Positions 9,368 to 18,516 of a stretch of 56,963 nucleotides of DNA are shown in pieces. This DNA comes from Betaproteobacteria bacterium (GTDB taxonomy: Bacteria > Pseudomonadota > Gammaproteobacteria > Burkholderiales > Thiobacteraceae). A program made the translations under genes and the position numbers. Position 1 is the first letter of the stretch. Each line of letters starts with the position of its first letter. The notes beneath the pieces were generated by a model. The model was not told the DNA's origin. It did not search any database and worked only from the letters and a program-made list of their open reading frames with translations. The stretch lies in the NCBI GenBank assembly GCA_043783305.1, contig JAYVZN010000098.1:1-56963 (forward strand), written 5' to 3'.

Positions 9368-10000
9368 TCAACCCAACGTCGGAAACAGGCCCTTTAAACC
9401 GGATGCAATAAATTCAATGGCAATTGCTGCCAGAATGAGTCCCATGATACGGGTAAAAATATTGATTCCGGTCTGACTCACGTGGCGCGAGATCCACGGC
9501 ACTAATTTTAGTACCAGCCACAGTAGAAGCCCCACCAACAGAATGTCGGCGGCCATGAGGATGTAGTGGTTCACCCCGGTATTTTTATGCGCATACAAAA
9601 TAATGGTACTGATGGCACCGGGCCCGGCCAGTAGCGGCATGGCCAGCGGCACAACCGCTACCGATTCCTTGGATTCGCCTTCGCGCATTTCTTCGTTTGT
9701 TTGTGAAATGGGGCTGAGCCGTGCCTGCAACATGGAAATGGCCATGAGCAAAATCATGATCCCGCCACCGACACTAAAAGAATAAATGGTGATGCCGAAA
9801 AATCGCAACATCGAATCGCCAATCAGCAAGGCAATAAAAAGAATAATCATCACGGACGCAATCACAATCCGAGCAATTTTTTTACGCTCGATATCAGACG
9901 CGCCGGAAGTCAGTGCTACAAAAATCGGCACGGCTCCCAGCGGATTGACGATGGCCAATAAGGCAATTAAAAATTTGGTATATTCGGTGTATTCCAGCAT
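9368..10000 (-). CDS. MarC-family (UPF0056) integral membrane protein
   Basis: 210 aa with six TM segments and the MarC-family N-terminus (FLIALLAIVNPLGAVPIFVALT). Confidence 0.8.
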   Translation of the reverse strand: MLEYTEYTKFLIALLAIVNPLGAVPIFVALTSGASDIERKKIARIVIASVMIILFIALLIGDSMLRFFGITIYSFSVGGGIMILLMAISMLQARLSPISQTNEEMREGESKESVAVVPLAMPLLAGPGAISTIILYAHKNTGVNHYILMAADILLVGLLLWLVLKLVPWISRHVSQTGINIFTRIMGLILAAIAIEFIASGLKGLFPTLG

Positions 10001-10030
10001 ACAGCTTAAGCGCGGGAATAGTCGGTTGGA

Positions 10031-10885
10031 TTAATCATAAAAAGCGGGAGCGTGTTTAATCTCCGCATTTTGCTCCAAGTCGTGTTGAATCCACAGTTGC
10101 GCGTGATTATCCTGGATAAATTGTTGCATCTCATTCATGGTTTTGACACTCTGCTCTTGGTCAAAATTGAAACCGGGAACACGCTTATGAATCCAGTTAT
10201 CGGTGAAATGTACAAAATCACCGGACAATAAAATATTGCCGTTGTTGCGCAGTTTTACGAACAAAGCTTGATGACCCGGCGTGTGGCCGAGGGTGCGTTT
10301 AATCACCACGCTGCCGTCACCGAAGACATCGTAGTCGCCGTGCAACTGTCGCACCGGATTGTTGCGCAGTGTGGCATAGCTGCTGGGATCAAAGCCGAAT
10401 TTGCCGGGATCGCTGCCGAAGCCCGCCGCGTATTCTTCTTGCTGCATCAATAGGGTTGCATGGGGTAGCAGATTAGCGTTACCCACGTGATCGCCGTGCA
10501 AATGGGAGATGCCCAGATATTGAATACTTGCGGCGGGATAACCGATTTGTAACAACTGCGGTTCCAGCGGATGGTTGACGCTGAATCGGAATATTTTGTA
10601 GCGGATAACACCGCCGGGTGTTTTGGCCAGGGCATCCGGTAACCCGGCATCCCATAATAAGGTGCCTTTCGGATGCACAATAAGATAACAAGAGTCGGTC
10701 AGTAATTTACTTTTACCTTTGTCGATACCGGGGTGAAACACGGAAACATCGAGTGCTTCAATACGCCCGCAATCCAAGACGTAAAGGCGCGGCGTAGCGG
10801 ACTCCGACGGTGGTTTATTCGCACAGCCGGTTAAGAATAGGGTAAACAGCGCGGCCAAGCCGATGAGAGCAGAGAAGCGTTTCAT
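10031..10885 (-). CDS. MBL-fold metallo-hydrolase lipoprotein (N-acyl-homoserine-lactonase-like)
   Basis: Lipoprotein signal (MKRFSALIGLAALFTLFLTGC) and the metallo-beta-lactamase motif HLHGDHVGN. Size and pattern resemble AiiA/AhlD-type lactonases. Confidence 0.7.
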   Translation of the reverse strand: MKRFSALIGLAALFTLFLTGCANKPPSESATPRLYVLDCGRIEALDVSVFHPGIDKGKSKLLTDSCYLIVHPKGTLLWDAGLPDALAKTPGGVIRYKIFRFSVNHPLEPQLLQIGYPAASIQYLGISHLHGDHVGNANLLPHATLLMQQEEYAAGFGSDPGKFGFDPSSYATLRNNPVRQLHGDYDVFGDGSVVIKRTLGHTPGHQALFVKLRNNGNILLSGDFVHFTDNWIHKRVPGFNFDQEQSVKTMNEMQQFIQDNHAQLWIQHDLEQNAEIKHAPAFYD

Positions 10886-11061
10886 GCCGTAACTCCAAAA
10901 AATTGAATGATCGGCATGAATAATAAGCGATGGCGACGACGTTGGCTATTCTCTGATACGGGAACGTCTTGACGGGAGGCGGATGCAGAGGGTACGCCCG
11001 GCAGCGTAGGCTGCATTAATTCGTTTTGCGGGGGCTGGAGAGTATAGGGAGCGGCTATTGT

Positions 11062-11520
11062 CTATTTGTGCAAGCCCTCGACACTTAATACCAGCGAGGC
11101 GCGGTACTTCTGCCAAGTAATCGGGATGACCAAAGAGCGCAGACCATGCGGTAGATAGTCGTCGCCGGGAATGCCCTCGATCACGGTCGGCGGCGAGATC
11201 ACGAGGTCTTGGCCCAATGCGCGCCGCGAGTTGCCGGAGAGCGTGTTGGCGGCTTCACCGACCATATCCGCCATATAGGTTCGGTCCACACGTACCTCGC
11301 CCAGTGTGGCCAACAGGTGACGCAGCATGGCGCTCGGGGCGCTGAAGTAGAGCCGTCCCCGGCACAAGCCGCTGATGCCGATAATACCGGTGTAGTCGAG
11401 TAAATCGTGCTGGATCAATTCAGAGAGATAAGGTGTGCCCACTTCAGCGGGCGCATCCGAGATTGCGGCAAAGTAATCGCGTGCACCATCGACGAAAACT
11501 TGCACCCGTTTTTCATTCAT
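11062..11520 (-). CDS. CheX/CheC-like CheY-P phosphatase (putative)
   Basis: About 152 aa from ATG 11520 (MNEKRVQVFVDGARDYFAAIS...). It is in the CheX size range and overlaps the stop of the upstream single-domain response regulator by a few nt. Confidence 0.45.
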   Translation of the reverse strand: MNEKRVQVFVDGARDYFAAISDAPAEVGTPYLSELIQHDLLDYTGIIGISGLCRGRLYFSAPSAMLRHLLATLGEVRVDRTYMADMVGEAANTLSGNSRRALGQDLVISPPTVIEGIPGDDYLPHGLRSLVIPITWQKYRASLVLSVEGLHK

Positions 11521-11884
11521 GATTGGTTTCTCCGGTAAGTTCGAGTAGTGCGGCACCGATCTGCTCGTCCGAGAACGGCTTGAGCACGAAGCCGTGCGCG
11601 CCGCGCTTGAGTGCTTCGATGGCGGTGGCTTTATCCGCTAGCGCGGAGACAACTAAGATCAGGGTGTTGGGGCGGATCGCCAGTAAAGCCTGAATACAGG
11701 CGATGCCATCCATGCGCGGCATCGTCAGGTCCATCGTCACCACTTCGGCGTGTGATTCACGAAACAGCATCAATGCTTCTTCGCCATCCCGCGCCTGGGC
11801 CACAATGGTAAATTTTCGGGCCGCTGCGCCACGCGCAATCTTGTTGCGGATGACGCTCGAATCGTCAACGATCATCAGCTTCAT
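11513..11884 (-). CDS. CheY-like single-domain response regulator
   Basis: The receiver domain (MKLMIVDDSSVIRNKI..., ...VTMDLTMPRMDGI..., ...KP) has the Asp and Lys signature residues. Its ATG overlaps the stop of the upstream kinase (ATGA). Confidence 0.85.
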   Translation of the reverse strand: MKLMIVDDSSVIRNKIARGAAARKFTIVAQARDGEEALMLFRESHAEVVTMDLTMPRMDGIACIQALLAIRPNTLILVVSALADKATAIEALKRGAHGFVLKPFSDEQIGAALLELTGETNHE

Positions 11885-13995
11885 TGCGTGGCGTATTCAA
11901 CAGTAGGCTTTACATCCGGTAACAGAACGTGGAAGCGGGTCAGTTCGCCGAGCCGGCTGTGCAGGCGGATATGCCCACCCAGCCGTTGCGTAATCGCGTG
12001 CACGGCATCCAGCCCCACACCGCGCCCGGCATCTTCGTCGGCGTTGCTGCGGGTACTAAAACCCGCCCGGAACAACTGCTTGAGCAACTGTTGAGTGTTT
12101 AAGTTTTCGACTTCTGCGGCGGGCATACCGCTTGCGGCAAGCCGTTCACGAATGGCATCCAGTGAGATTCCCGCGCCGTCGTCTTCCACGATTAAGGCGA
12201 AGCCGCCTTCCTGCCGCTGAGTCCAGGCAATGTTGACTAGACCCATACCGGGTTTGTTTTTACCTGCCCGTCGGTCTGGAGTTTCAATGCCGTGCGCGAC
12301 GGCATTACGCACGAATTGCTGCGCTAATTCTTGAATCGCGTGACGGTAGGGCTCAGGTATTGCCGCATCCTCCAGCCCGCGCATCGTTAACTGGACGGAT
12401 TTCCCGCCGCGATTTGCGGCGCGTTGTGCGAGTGTTTTGAGACGGCGCTCTAACGAGAGATCCTCGATTTCGATCAGAGACGTCTGCCGCGGTGTGGCCG
12501 CGCCGCGTAAATGGGTCAAGCGGTTGAGCATTTCTTCGACATTGTCGATCAAGGACAAGAGCCGCTCAATTTGCACTGTTGTGAGGATGAAGTCGTTGCC
12601 GGTAAGCGTTGGCCGTTGCTGCAATTCGGCTAGGCTATCTTCTATTCGATGCGCGTGGCTTTCGATCAGCGATAAGCCGACGGCGCCCGCATCGCCCTTG
12701 ATGCGATGCATGACGCGGTAAATATAGTTGAGCTTGTCGACGAACGCGCGGTTGTCGTGCGCCGGATGGCGCAGAATATCGTTGACTTCGAGTAAGGCCG
12801 TGCGCGTGCGTTGAATCATGTCCGGTAAGTCGAACGGATCCAGCAGTAATAGTTCCGACACCATTTTGACCTGCTGTTCTGCGCGCTCGTTGGCCTGGGC
12901 AAGGTCTTGCTGTAGATGCACCCGTTCGGTCGTGTCTGAAACGGTTACTAGAATATGCGACAGCACACCGGCTTCGAGCACGCGGCGGAAACGAAAATCC
13001 AAGTATTTTGTTACTAAGCCGCCGCTTTGATCTTGAAAGTTCATCTCCACCCGGTTGAGCGGATTTAAGTCCGTGATCAAATGCTGGTTGACGCGATGTT
13101 CGAGCAGCAGCCCGACGTAATCTTTCACCAACTGCATCGTGCGCTCGGAGACATGCGTGCCGAGCAATGCGATAAAATCACGGTGCGCTAAATTTTCGCA
13201 GCGAAATAAGCGCTCCAATTCCTTGGAATACTGCGTGCCGATGTGTAAATCCCGATCCAACAGAAACAGCCCTTCATTTACCGTAGTCAGGATCTGATCG
13301 GTTTCCTGTTTGGCTTCTTCGCGCGCTTGATCGCTACGGCGTAACTGTTTCATGAAATGAAACAGGATGAGAAAGAAGTTGAGGATGGCGAGCACCATGC
13401 CGCCCGCCTGCACCAAGCGCAAAGTTTGCGCCTTGCCCGCAGCGGCTCTTTCCACATGCGTAGTCAGGTCGTTCATCAAATTCAGTAGTTTCAGGTTGCT
13501 TGCGGACGCAGCAGCGACCGCGGCCTGGAGCTTGGCCGGATCGGCATCCGTCAGCGTGGCTTGTACTAAGGCGCGATAGGGTGCCCATACGGCATCGGCT
13601 GTTTTTAAAATTATTTGCCCGGGTCCATCCGCCACGGCGGCTAGGTACAATTGTTCGCCGCCGCCGCCTTTCACCGTGCCGCCCCGGCGAAAGGCCGTAA
13701 GCGTTGTGTCGAACAGCGCAAAGCTTAGTTTTAATTCCTCCATCCGTTCATTAATCGGCTGACCTGTGCGTGCACTCTCTTCCATCTGATACAGCACCTT
13801 AGCCATGCGCTGCGACAACATGCGCTGGCGGCCTGCCAGGTTAACGGAAGCGGCATCGGCCTGGATTTGTGAAGCGATGATGAAGTTCATCACCAGTACC
13901 CCCATATCCACGACCAAAAATAAGGCAACCGCAGCGACGATAGACTGGTATTTGCTTAAGCTGTGTTTAAACATAGGGTAACGATTCAATCCCAA
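11881..13995 (-). CDS. Membrane-bound CheA-like histidine kinase with periplasmic PilJ/NarX-like (nitrate-sensor-type) domain; Hpt + CheA-type ATPase, no CheW-like domain
   Basis: After a signal/TM segment, the N-terminal domain carries the VNLAGRQRMLSQRM motif typical of the PilJ N-terminal / NarX-NIT sensor family. A second TM (VLAILNFFLILF) follows. The cytoplasmic part has an Hpt domain with HRIKGDAGAVGL (compare the canonical Che[12 protein letters not shown] in this window). The ATPase motifs are CheA-like: VRNAVAHGIE, IVEDDGAGI, GRGVGLD. The ORF ends right after the ATPase, with no P5. Confidence 0.7.
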   Translation of the reverse strand: MGLNRYPMFKHSLSKYQSIVAAVALFLVVDMGVLVMNFIIASQIQADAASVNLAGRQRMLSQRMAKVLYQMEESARTGQPINERMEELKLSFALFDTTLTAFRRGGTVKGGGGEQLYLAAVADGPGQIILKTADAVWAPYRALVQATLTDADPAKLQAAVAAASASNLKLLNLMNDLTTHVERAAAGKAQTLRLVQAGGMVLAILNFFLILFHFMKQLRRSDQAREEAKQETDQILTTVNEGLFLLDRDLHIGTQYSKELERLFRCENLAHRDFIALLGTHVSERTMQLVKDYVGLLLEHRVNQHLITDLNPLNRVEMNFQDQSGGLVTKYLDFRFRRVLEAGVLSHILVTVSDTTERVHLQQDLAQANERAEQQVKMVSELLLLDPFDLPDMIQRTRTALLEVNDILRHPAHDNRAFVDKLNYIYRVMHRIKGDAGAVGLSLIESHAHRIEDSLAELQQRPTLTGNDFILTTVQIERLLSLIDNVEEMLNRLTHLRGAATPRQTSLIEIEDLSLERRLKTLAQRAANRGGKSVQLTMRGLEDAAIPEPYRHAIQELAQQFVRNAVAHGIETPDRRAGKNKPGMGLVNIAWTQRQEGGFALIVEDDGAGISLDAIRERLAASGMPAAEVENLNTQQLLKQLFRAGFSTRSNADEDAGRGVGLDAVHAITQRLGGHIRLHSRLGELTRFHVLLPDVKPTVEYATQ

Positions 13996-14028
13996 TCAAA
14001 ATATTTTTCGGCATGCACCGGCTAGGCG

Positions 14029-14829
14029 TTAAGCGGCTGGGCGTAACTGCCGGTGATAAAGGAACTCCAGCACTTGGCTGCGCAGCCGGTGATAGCGTGC
14101 ATCATTGGCTAAAGCCAGCCGGTCGCGCGGGCGCGGCAGGTCTACACTCAAGATATCGCCGATGGTGGCACTCGGCCCATTGGTGAGCATAACAATGCGG
14201 TCGGACAGCAGCACGGCTTCGTCCACGTCGTGCGTCACCATCATCACGGTGCTGTGCGTTTCCTGCGCGATGCGCATTAGTTCATCTTGCAGATGGGCGC
14301 GAGTTAATGCATCCAGTGCGCCGAACGGTTCGTCCAGCAGCAGCACTTTCGGCTGCATCGCCAAGGCGCGTGCAATACCGACGCGCTGCTTCATGCCGCC
14401 GGAAATTTCCTGCGGGCGCTTATGCTCGGCGTGGGTTAAGCCGACTAAGGCCAGGGCATCGCGTGTGCGTTGTTGGAGCTGCGCTTTATTTTCTTTCGCG
14501 CCAAAAACACGCTCCACTGCGAGATAGACATTTTCGTAGCAGGTGAGCCACGGCAGCAGCGAATGGTTTTGAAACACCACGCCGCGCTCCGGACCCGGGC
14601 CATCAATTTCACGCCCGGCGCACAATAAAACCCCGTCGTCTGTTTGCAGTAGGCCCGCCACTAAATTCAGCAGCGTGGATTTACCGCAACCGGAGTGGCC
14701 AATGAGTGTAATAAATTCGCCTTGCGCGACGCTTAAGTTCACATTTTGCAGTGCGACAAACGGCCCGCTTTTGGTGTCGAAGACCATGTTCACATTTTCG
14801 ATCTGCACGTATCTTTCCATTGGAGTCAC
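14029..14829 (-). CDS. nrtD: ABC transporter ATP-binding protein, nitrate/sulfonate/bicarbonate family (NrtD/CmpD-like)
   Basis: Walker A (GHSGCGKST), ABC signature ([15 protein letters not shown]) and Walker B (LLLDEP) are present. It lies in an operon with the NrtA/NrtB homologues. Confidence 0.85.
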   Translation of the reverse strand: MTPMERYVQIENVNMVFDTKSGPFVALQNVNLSVAQGEFITLIGHSGCGKSTLLNLVAGLLQTDDGVLLCAGREIDGPGPERGVVFQNHSLLPWLTCYENVYLAVERVFGAKENKAQLQQRTRDALALVGLTHAEHKRPQEISGGMKQRVGIARALAMQPKVLLLDEPFGALDALTRAHLQDELMRIAQETHSTVMMVTHDVDEAVLLSDRIVMLTNGPSATIGDILSVDLPRPRDRLALANDARYHRLRSQVLEFLYHRQLRPAA

Positions 14830-14847
14830 CTTTGTTTGTATTGGGTT

Positions 14848-16137
14848 TTAGAATTGCAGCTCGGCTTGCAGCCAGAATTTTTTGACATCTTTCGACAAGG
14901 CCTGAGTAGCGTTACGTGTCGCGTTTACCGCGTTGGTGTCGCCGCTATAGTTAGCGTACTTCACAGTGAGCGTGAGGTTTTTTTCGATTTTCTTTGTGGC
15001 CAGAAGATCCCATTCTTTGCCGTAGTTATAGCTTAAGTTATCACTCGAAAAATCATGATAGACCGCCAGCAGGTTGACCCCCCAGCCGGGTGAGCCGCCG
15101 ACGCTGACGAAGGCATCGCGGATACCGTCGCGCGGCGTGGTGAGAAATTTATCCGCCCAGCCGTTGAAGGCGTGCAGCGTCGCGAGCGGGGTGAAGAAGC
15201 CGTAAACGCCGTCGCCGCTCAGCACTTCGTAGTTGAACTTGACCTGCACGCCTTTGTAGTCCGCGCCGAGCATCGCAAACGCGTAGTCGGCATCGACTCG
15301 GGAGGTGCCGTCTTTGTAGCGGCTTTGATTCGCGTATTCGGCGGTGTAGAGCAATTTCCAGCCGTCGAACGGGTGGCCGCCGTCAAAACGCAGACCCAAG
15401 GTTTTATTCGAGTCGGTGACTGGAAAACCACCGTTTTGGCCCGGGTCGTAGTCCAACAAATAACTGTAGCCGACGATTTTTCCGGCCTTAAAGCCACTGT
15501 AGGCGACATTGAATAAATCGCTCTTCATGTGTAGATCGCTCAGCGTCGGATGGTCGGCACCGAAAAAACGATTCACATTGGTGACGTGCGCATAGTTAAT
15601 GGTGGTGGAAGGCAAGGATTTATTTTCCAGCGTGAAGGCATCGTAGGTTTGCTCGTTCTGGCGCCAGCCGACATTGCCGATGAAGCGGTGATTGTCGTAG
15701 GTAATAACTTGACGGCCATACTTGAGCAAGGTGCCCGGGATACCGCTATAGCTCAAGTAAGCTTGATTAATTTCGTTACCGGTGGGGTCGGCCACCACCG
15801 GATATTGGGTGCGGCCATTGTCGGTGCTGTTATAGCGCTCGCTGCCGATGACGCGCACATCCTCGAATTGCAGGAAAGCGCCGAAACCGTGGTACTCGCC
15901 GGTGAGGTAGCCAAGCTGTGTGCGCAAGGTAGAGGCTTCGGCGTTTTTGGCAAATCCTTCTTGGTCGACGCTTTCAAAGCGGTAACGCAAATTCAGCGAA
16001 GGTTTGCCGCCGGTCAGCGCTTCCATGAAATTGTCGCCGCTATAGGCTATCGGCGCGAGACCGGCCAGACAAATCCCGCTGAGTGCTGCTTGCGTCAAGA
16101 TGGAAAGATGTTTTTGTTTTACACGTTGCGTATTCAT
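14848..16137 (-). CDS. Outer-membrane beta-barrel porin embedded in the nitrate ABC operon (putative anion-selective channel)
   Basis: Signal peptide (LSILTQAALSGICLAGLAPIAYSG), alternating amphipathic strands, and a C-terminal aromatic residue (...WLQAELQF). It sits between the nrtB and nrtD homologues with gaps of 15-18 nt. Confidence 0.55.
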   Translation of the reverse strand: MNTQRVKQKHLSILTQAALSGICLAGLAPIAYSGDNFMEALTGGKPSLNLRYRFESVDQEGFAKNAEASTLRTQLGYLTGEYHGFGAFLQFEDVRVIGSERYNSTDNGRTQYPVVADPTGNEINQAYLSYSGIPGTLLKYGRQVITYDNHRFIGNVGWRQNEQTYDAFTLENKSLPSTTINYAHVTNVNRFFGADHPTLSDLHMKSDLFNVAYSGFKAGKIVGYSYLLDYDPGQNGGFPVTDSNKTLGLRFDGGHPFDGWKLLYTAEYANQSRYKDGTSRVDADYAFAMLGADYKGVQVKFNYEVLSGDGVYGFFTPLATLHAFNGWADKFLTTPRDGIRDAFVSVGGSPGWGVNLLAVYHDFSSDNLSYNYGKEWDLLATKKIEKNLTLTVKYANYSGDTNAVNATRNATQALSKDVKKFWLQAELQF

Positions 16138-16152
16138 TTAAAGCTCCCTTGG

Positions 16153-17031
16153 TTATTCGTAGTTAAAGCGTTTGGCCAGCAGTAATAGCCCATTTTCCAA
16201 CAGCAATCCAATAATACCAACGACAAAGATGGCGATGATGATGTGTGCCACATTCAAATTATTCCATTCGTCCCAAACCCAGAAACCGATGCCGACACCG
16301 CCAGTAAGCATTTCTGCGGCAACGATCACCAGCCAGGCGACACCGATGGAAAGCCGGATGCCGGTCATCAAATAAGGGAGTACTGCCGGGAATAAAATTT
16401 TGGTGAAAATTTTCCATTCGGAGAGCTTAAGCACTTTGGCCACATTCAGATAGTCCTGCGGTACGCGCGCAACACCGTCGGCAGTATTGATAATAATAGG
16501 CCAAATACTGGAAATAAAGATAACCCAGATACCGGCCGGGTTTGCGGCCTTGAAGACGAGCAGGCCGATGGGCAACCACACCAACGGCGAGACGGGCCGC
16601 AGCAGGCTGATAATAGGTGAAGTCATGCGATTGAAAAAAGTGAAGCGCCCGATCATGAAGCCCAGTGGAATGCCGATCAACGCCGCCATGCCGAAGCCGA
16701 TGCCGACGCGCTGTAGCGAGTTGAGCACATTCCAGCCGATGCCTTTATCGTTCGGCCCTTTATCGTAGAACGGGTCACTGAATAATTGCAGCGCAGACTC
16801 CCAAGTTTTAACCGGCCCGGGCAAGTTGGGGCTATGTTGCGCAATCACGGCCCACAAGCCGAGAAATAAAATAAAACCCAGGAGCGGTGGAACAATATGT
16901 TGCAGCATCGACCAGGATTTGCCTTTTATGCGCGGCGCGATGGCAGGCGCGGTTGCGACGGGCGGGCTGGCCTGCGGTGCGTTGACTTCAACCACGCTCA
17001 GCGCGGGTTTGATGGCGGCTACAGTGCTCAT
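16153..17031 (-). CDS. nrtB: ABC transporter permease (NrtB/CmpB-like)
   Basis: Binding-protein-dependent transport inner-membrane component with the EAA-like loop (GIRLSIGVAWLVIVAAEM). Confidence 0.85.
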   Translation of the reverse strand: MSTVAAIKPALSVVEVNAPQASPPVATAPAIAPRIKGKSWSMLQHIVPPLLGFILFLGLWAVIAQHSPNLPGPVKTWESALQLFSDPFYDKGPNDKGIGWNVLNSLQRVGIGFGMAALIGIPLGFMIGRFTFFNRMTSPIISLLRPVSPLVWLPIGLLVFKAANPAGIWVIFISSIWPIIINTADGVARVPQDYLNVAKVLKLSEWKIFTKILFPAVLPYLMTGIRLSIGVAWLVIVAAEMLTGGVGIGFWVWDEWNNLNVAHIIIAIFVVGIIGLLLENGLLLLAKRFNYE

Positions 17032-17054
17032 GATGTGCTCCTTGATAAAAATAA

Positions 17055-18329
17055 TTAAACCTTGATCTTGAAACCGTCGGCGTAACTCTTCGGATTTTTT
17101 GCATCCCAGGTCACGCCGTCGATCAGCTTGGCGCTACGCATCGGATCTTTGGGCACGGGTACTTTGACTTGTGCGGCGGCTTGTTTGTAGAGCTCGATCT
17201 GGTTTACTTTTTGGGCGACGGCCAAGTAATCCGGATGCGCTTTCAACAAGCCCCAACGTTTGTGCTGCGTGAGAAACCACATACCGTCGGAGAGGTAGGG
17301 AAAATTCACCGCGCCGTCGTTATAAAATTTCATGTAGTTCGGATCCTGCCATTTCTTACCGATACCGTTGTCGTACTGGCCGAGCATGCGGTCTTCCACC
17401 ACATCGAACGGGGCGTTGACATAAGCCTTATCCGCGATAATTTTGGCGACTTCGGAGCGATTGCTAAGCGTGTCGATGTATTTCGACGCCTCCAATACCG
17501 CCATCATCAGAGCGCGTGTGGTGTGGGGATATTTCGCGACAAATTCTGCGGTCGTGCCCAGTACTTTTTCCGGATGATCCTTCCAGATATCCTGCGTGGT
17601 CACGGCGGTGAAACCGATCTTGTCGGCAATGGCGCGCGCATTCCACGGCTCGCCGACGCAGTAGCCATCCATATTGCCGACGCGCATATTGGCCACCATC
17701 TGCGGTGGCGGCACGGTGATGGTCTTGACTTCGCTAAACGGATTGACCCCCTGCGCGGCCAGCCAATAGTAGAGCCACATCGCGTGGGTGCCGGTGGGGA
17801 AGGTTTGTGCGAAGGTGTATTCGCGCGGCTCTTTCTTGATGAGCGCAGCCAAGCTGGCACCGTCCTTTACACCTTTGTCGTGGAGCTGCTTGGAGAGCGT
17901 GATGGCTTGGCCATTATTGTTCAGCGTCATCAGCACGGACATATCTTTCTTCGGTCCGCCGATACCCAATTGCACACCGTAAAGCAAGCCGTAGAGCACG
18001 TGCGCTGCATCCAACTCGCCATTCACTAATTTATCCCGCACCCCGGCCCAGGAGGCCTCCTTGCTGGGCGTGATTTTAATGCCGTATTTTTTATCGAAGC
18101 CCAGTACCGAGGCGATGACGACCGAAGCGCAATCGGTTAATGGAATGAAACCGATTTTAACTTCAGATTTTTCCGGTGCGTCGGAGCCGGCCGCCCAAGC
18201 AGCGTTGCGGATCGCGTCCGGTACAAAACTCATGATGCCCGCCGCACCGGCTAGTGCGGTGCTTTTCTTTATAAAATCGCGGCGCGGTGTATTGATCGTG
18301 GTGGCATCGGGTGTGCGTTTATCTTTCAT
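17055..18329 (-). CDS. nrtA: Nitrate ABC transporter substrate-binding protein with twin-arginine signal (NrtA/NasF-like)
   Basis: Tat signal (PRRDFIKKSTALAGAAGIMSF), NMT1/NrtA-type periplasmic binding fold, and AGGAGA RBS ahead of ATG 18329. Confidence 0.85.
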   Translation of the reverse strand: MKDKRTPDATTINTPRRDFIKKSTALAGAAGIMSFVPDAIRNAAWAAGSDAPEKSEVKIGFIPLTDCASVVIASVLGFDKKYGIKITPSKEASWAGVRDKLVNGELDAAHVLYGLLYGVQLGIGGPKKDMSVLMTLNNNGQAITLSKQLHDKGVKDGASLAALIKKEPREYTFAQTFPTGTHAMWLYYWLAAQGVNPFSEVKTITVPPPQMVANMRVGNMDGYCVGEPWNARAIADKIGFTAVTTQDIWKDHPEKVLGTTAEFVAKYPHTTRALMMAVLEASKYIDTLSNRSEVAKIIADKAYVNAPFDVVEDRMLGQYDNGIGKKWQDPNYMKFYNDGAVNFPYLSDGMWFLTQHKRWGLLKAHPDYLAVAQKVNQIELYKQAAAQVKVPVPKDPMRSAKLIDGVTWDAKNPKSYADGFKIKV

Positions 18330-18357
18330 CGTGCTCTCCTTAAGTCAATTTTCAGCC

Positions 18358-18409
18358 AAAAAAAAGCGCCCATCCCTGGCAAAGCAAAGCTTGCCGTAGG
18401 AATGGACGC
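18358..18409 (-). terminator. Intrinsic terminator in the nrtA leader (attenuator)
   Basis: In the minus-strand RNA, the 5' arm GCGUCCAUUCC (plus 18399-18409) pairs with GGGAUGGGCGC (plus 18366-18376) over 11 bp including two G-U pairs. It is followed by U8 (plus A8 18358-18365), about 30 nt before the nrtA start. Confidence 0.5.
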
Positions 18410-18465
18410 CGTTGTCCGTTTTAGTAGTGCAACTTTGCACTACCGTACCACCCGCCGTTGGGTGG
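18404..18465 (-). promoter_or_regulatory. ANTAR-type dual hexaloop RNA hairpins in the nrtA leader (NasT antitermination target)
   Basis: RNA hairpin 1 is CCACCC-AACGGC-GGGUGG (plus 18448-18465). RNA hairpin 3 is GGAC-AACGGC-GUCC (plus 18404-18417). Both have the identical hexaloop AACGGC (A at position 1, G at position 4, as in ANTAR targets). Hairpin 3's 3' arm overlaps the terminator's 5' arm. A third hairpin, GUAGUGC-AAAGUU-GCACUAC (plus 18424-18443), lies between them. Confidence 0.5.
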
Positions 18466-18481
18466 CTTTCAATGATTACAC

Positions 18482-18497
18482 AGCACGTACCGTGCCA
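18482..18497 (-). promoter_or_regulatory. sigma54 -24/-12 promoter candidate for the nrtA operon
   Basis: The minus strand reads TGGCACGGTACGTGCT (perfect TGGCAC at -24, GC at -12, GG-N10-GC spacing). It lies 20 nt downstream of the nasT stop and about 15 nt upstream of the first leader hairpin. Confidence 0.45.
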
Positions 18498-18516
18498 ATT
18501 TTTTATTACGCGCGTT

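Noticed and set aside
17169-18029. 286-aa plus-strand ORF
   Set aside because: It is antisense within nrtA and lacks an RBS or any domain signature.
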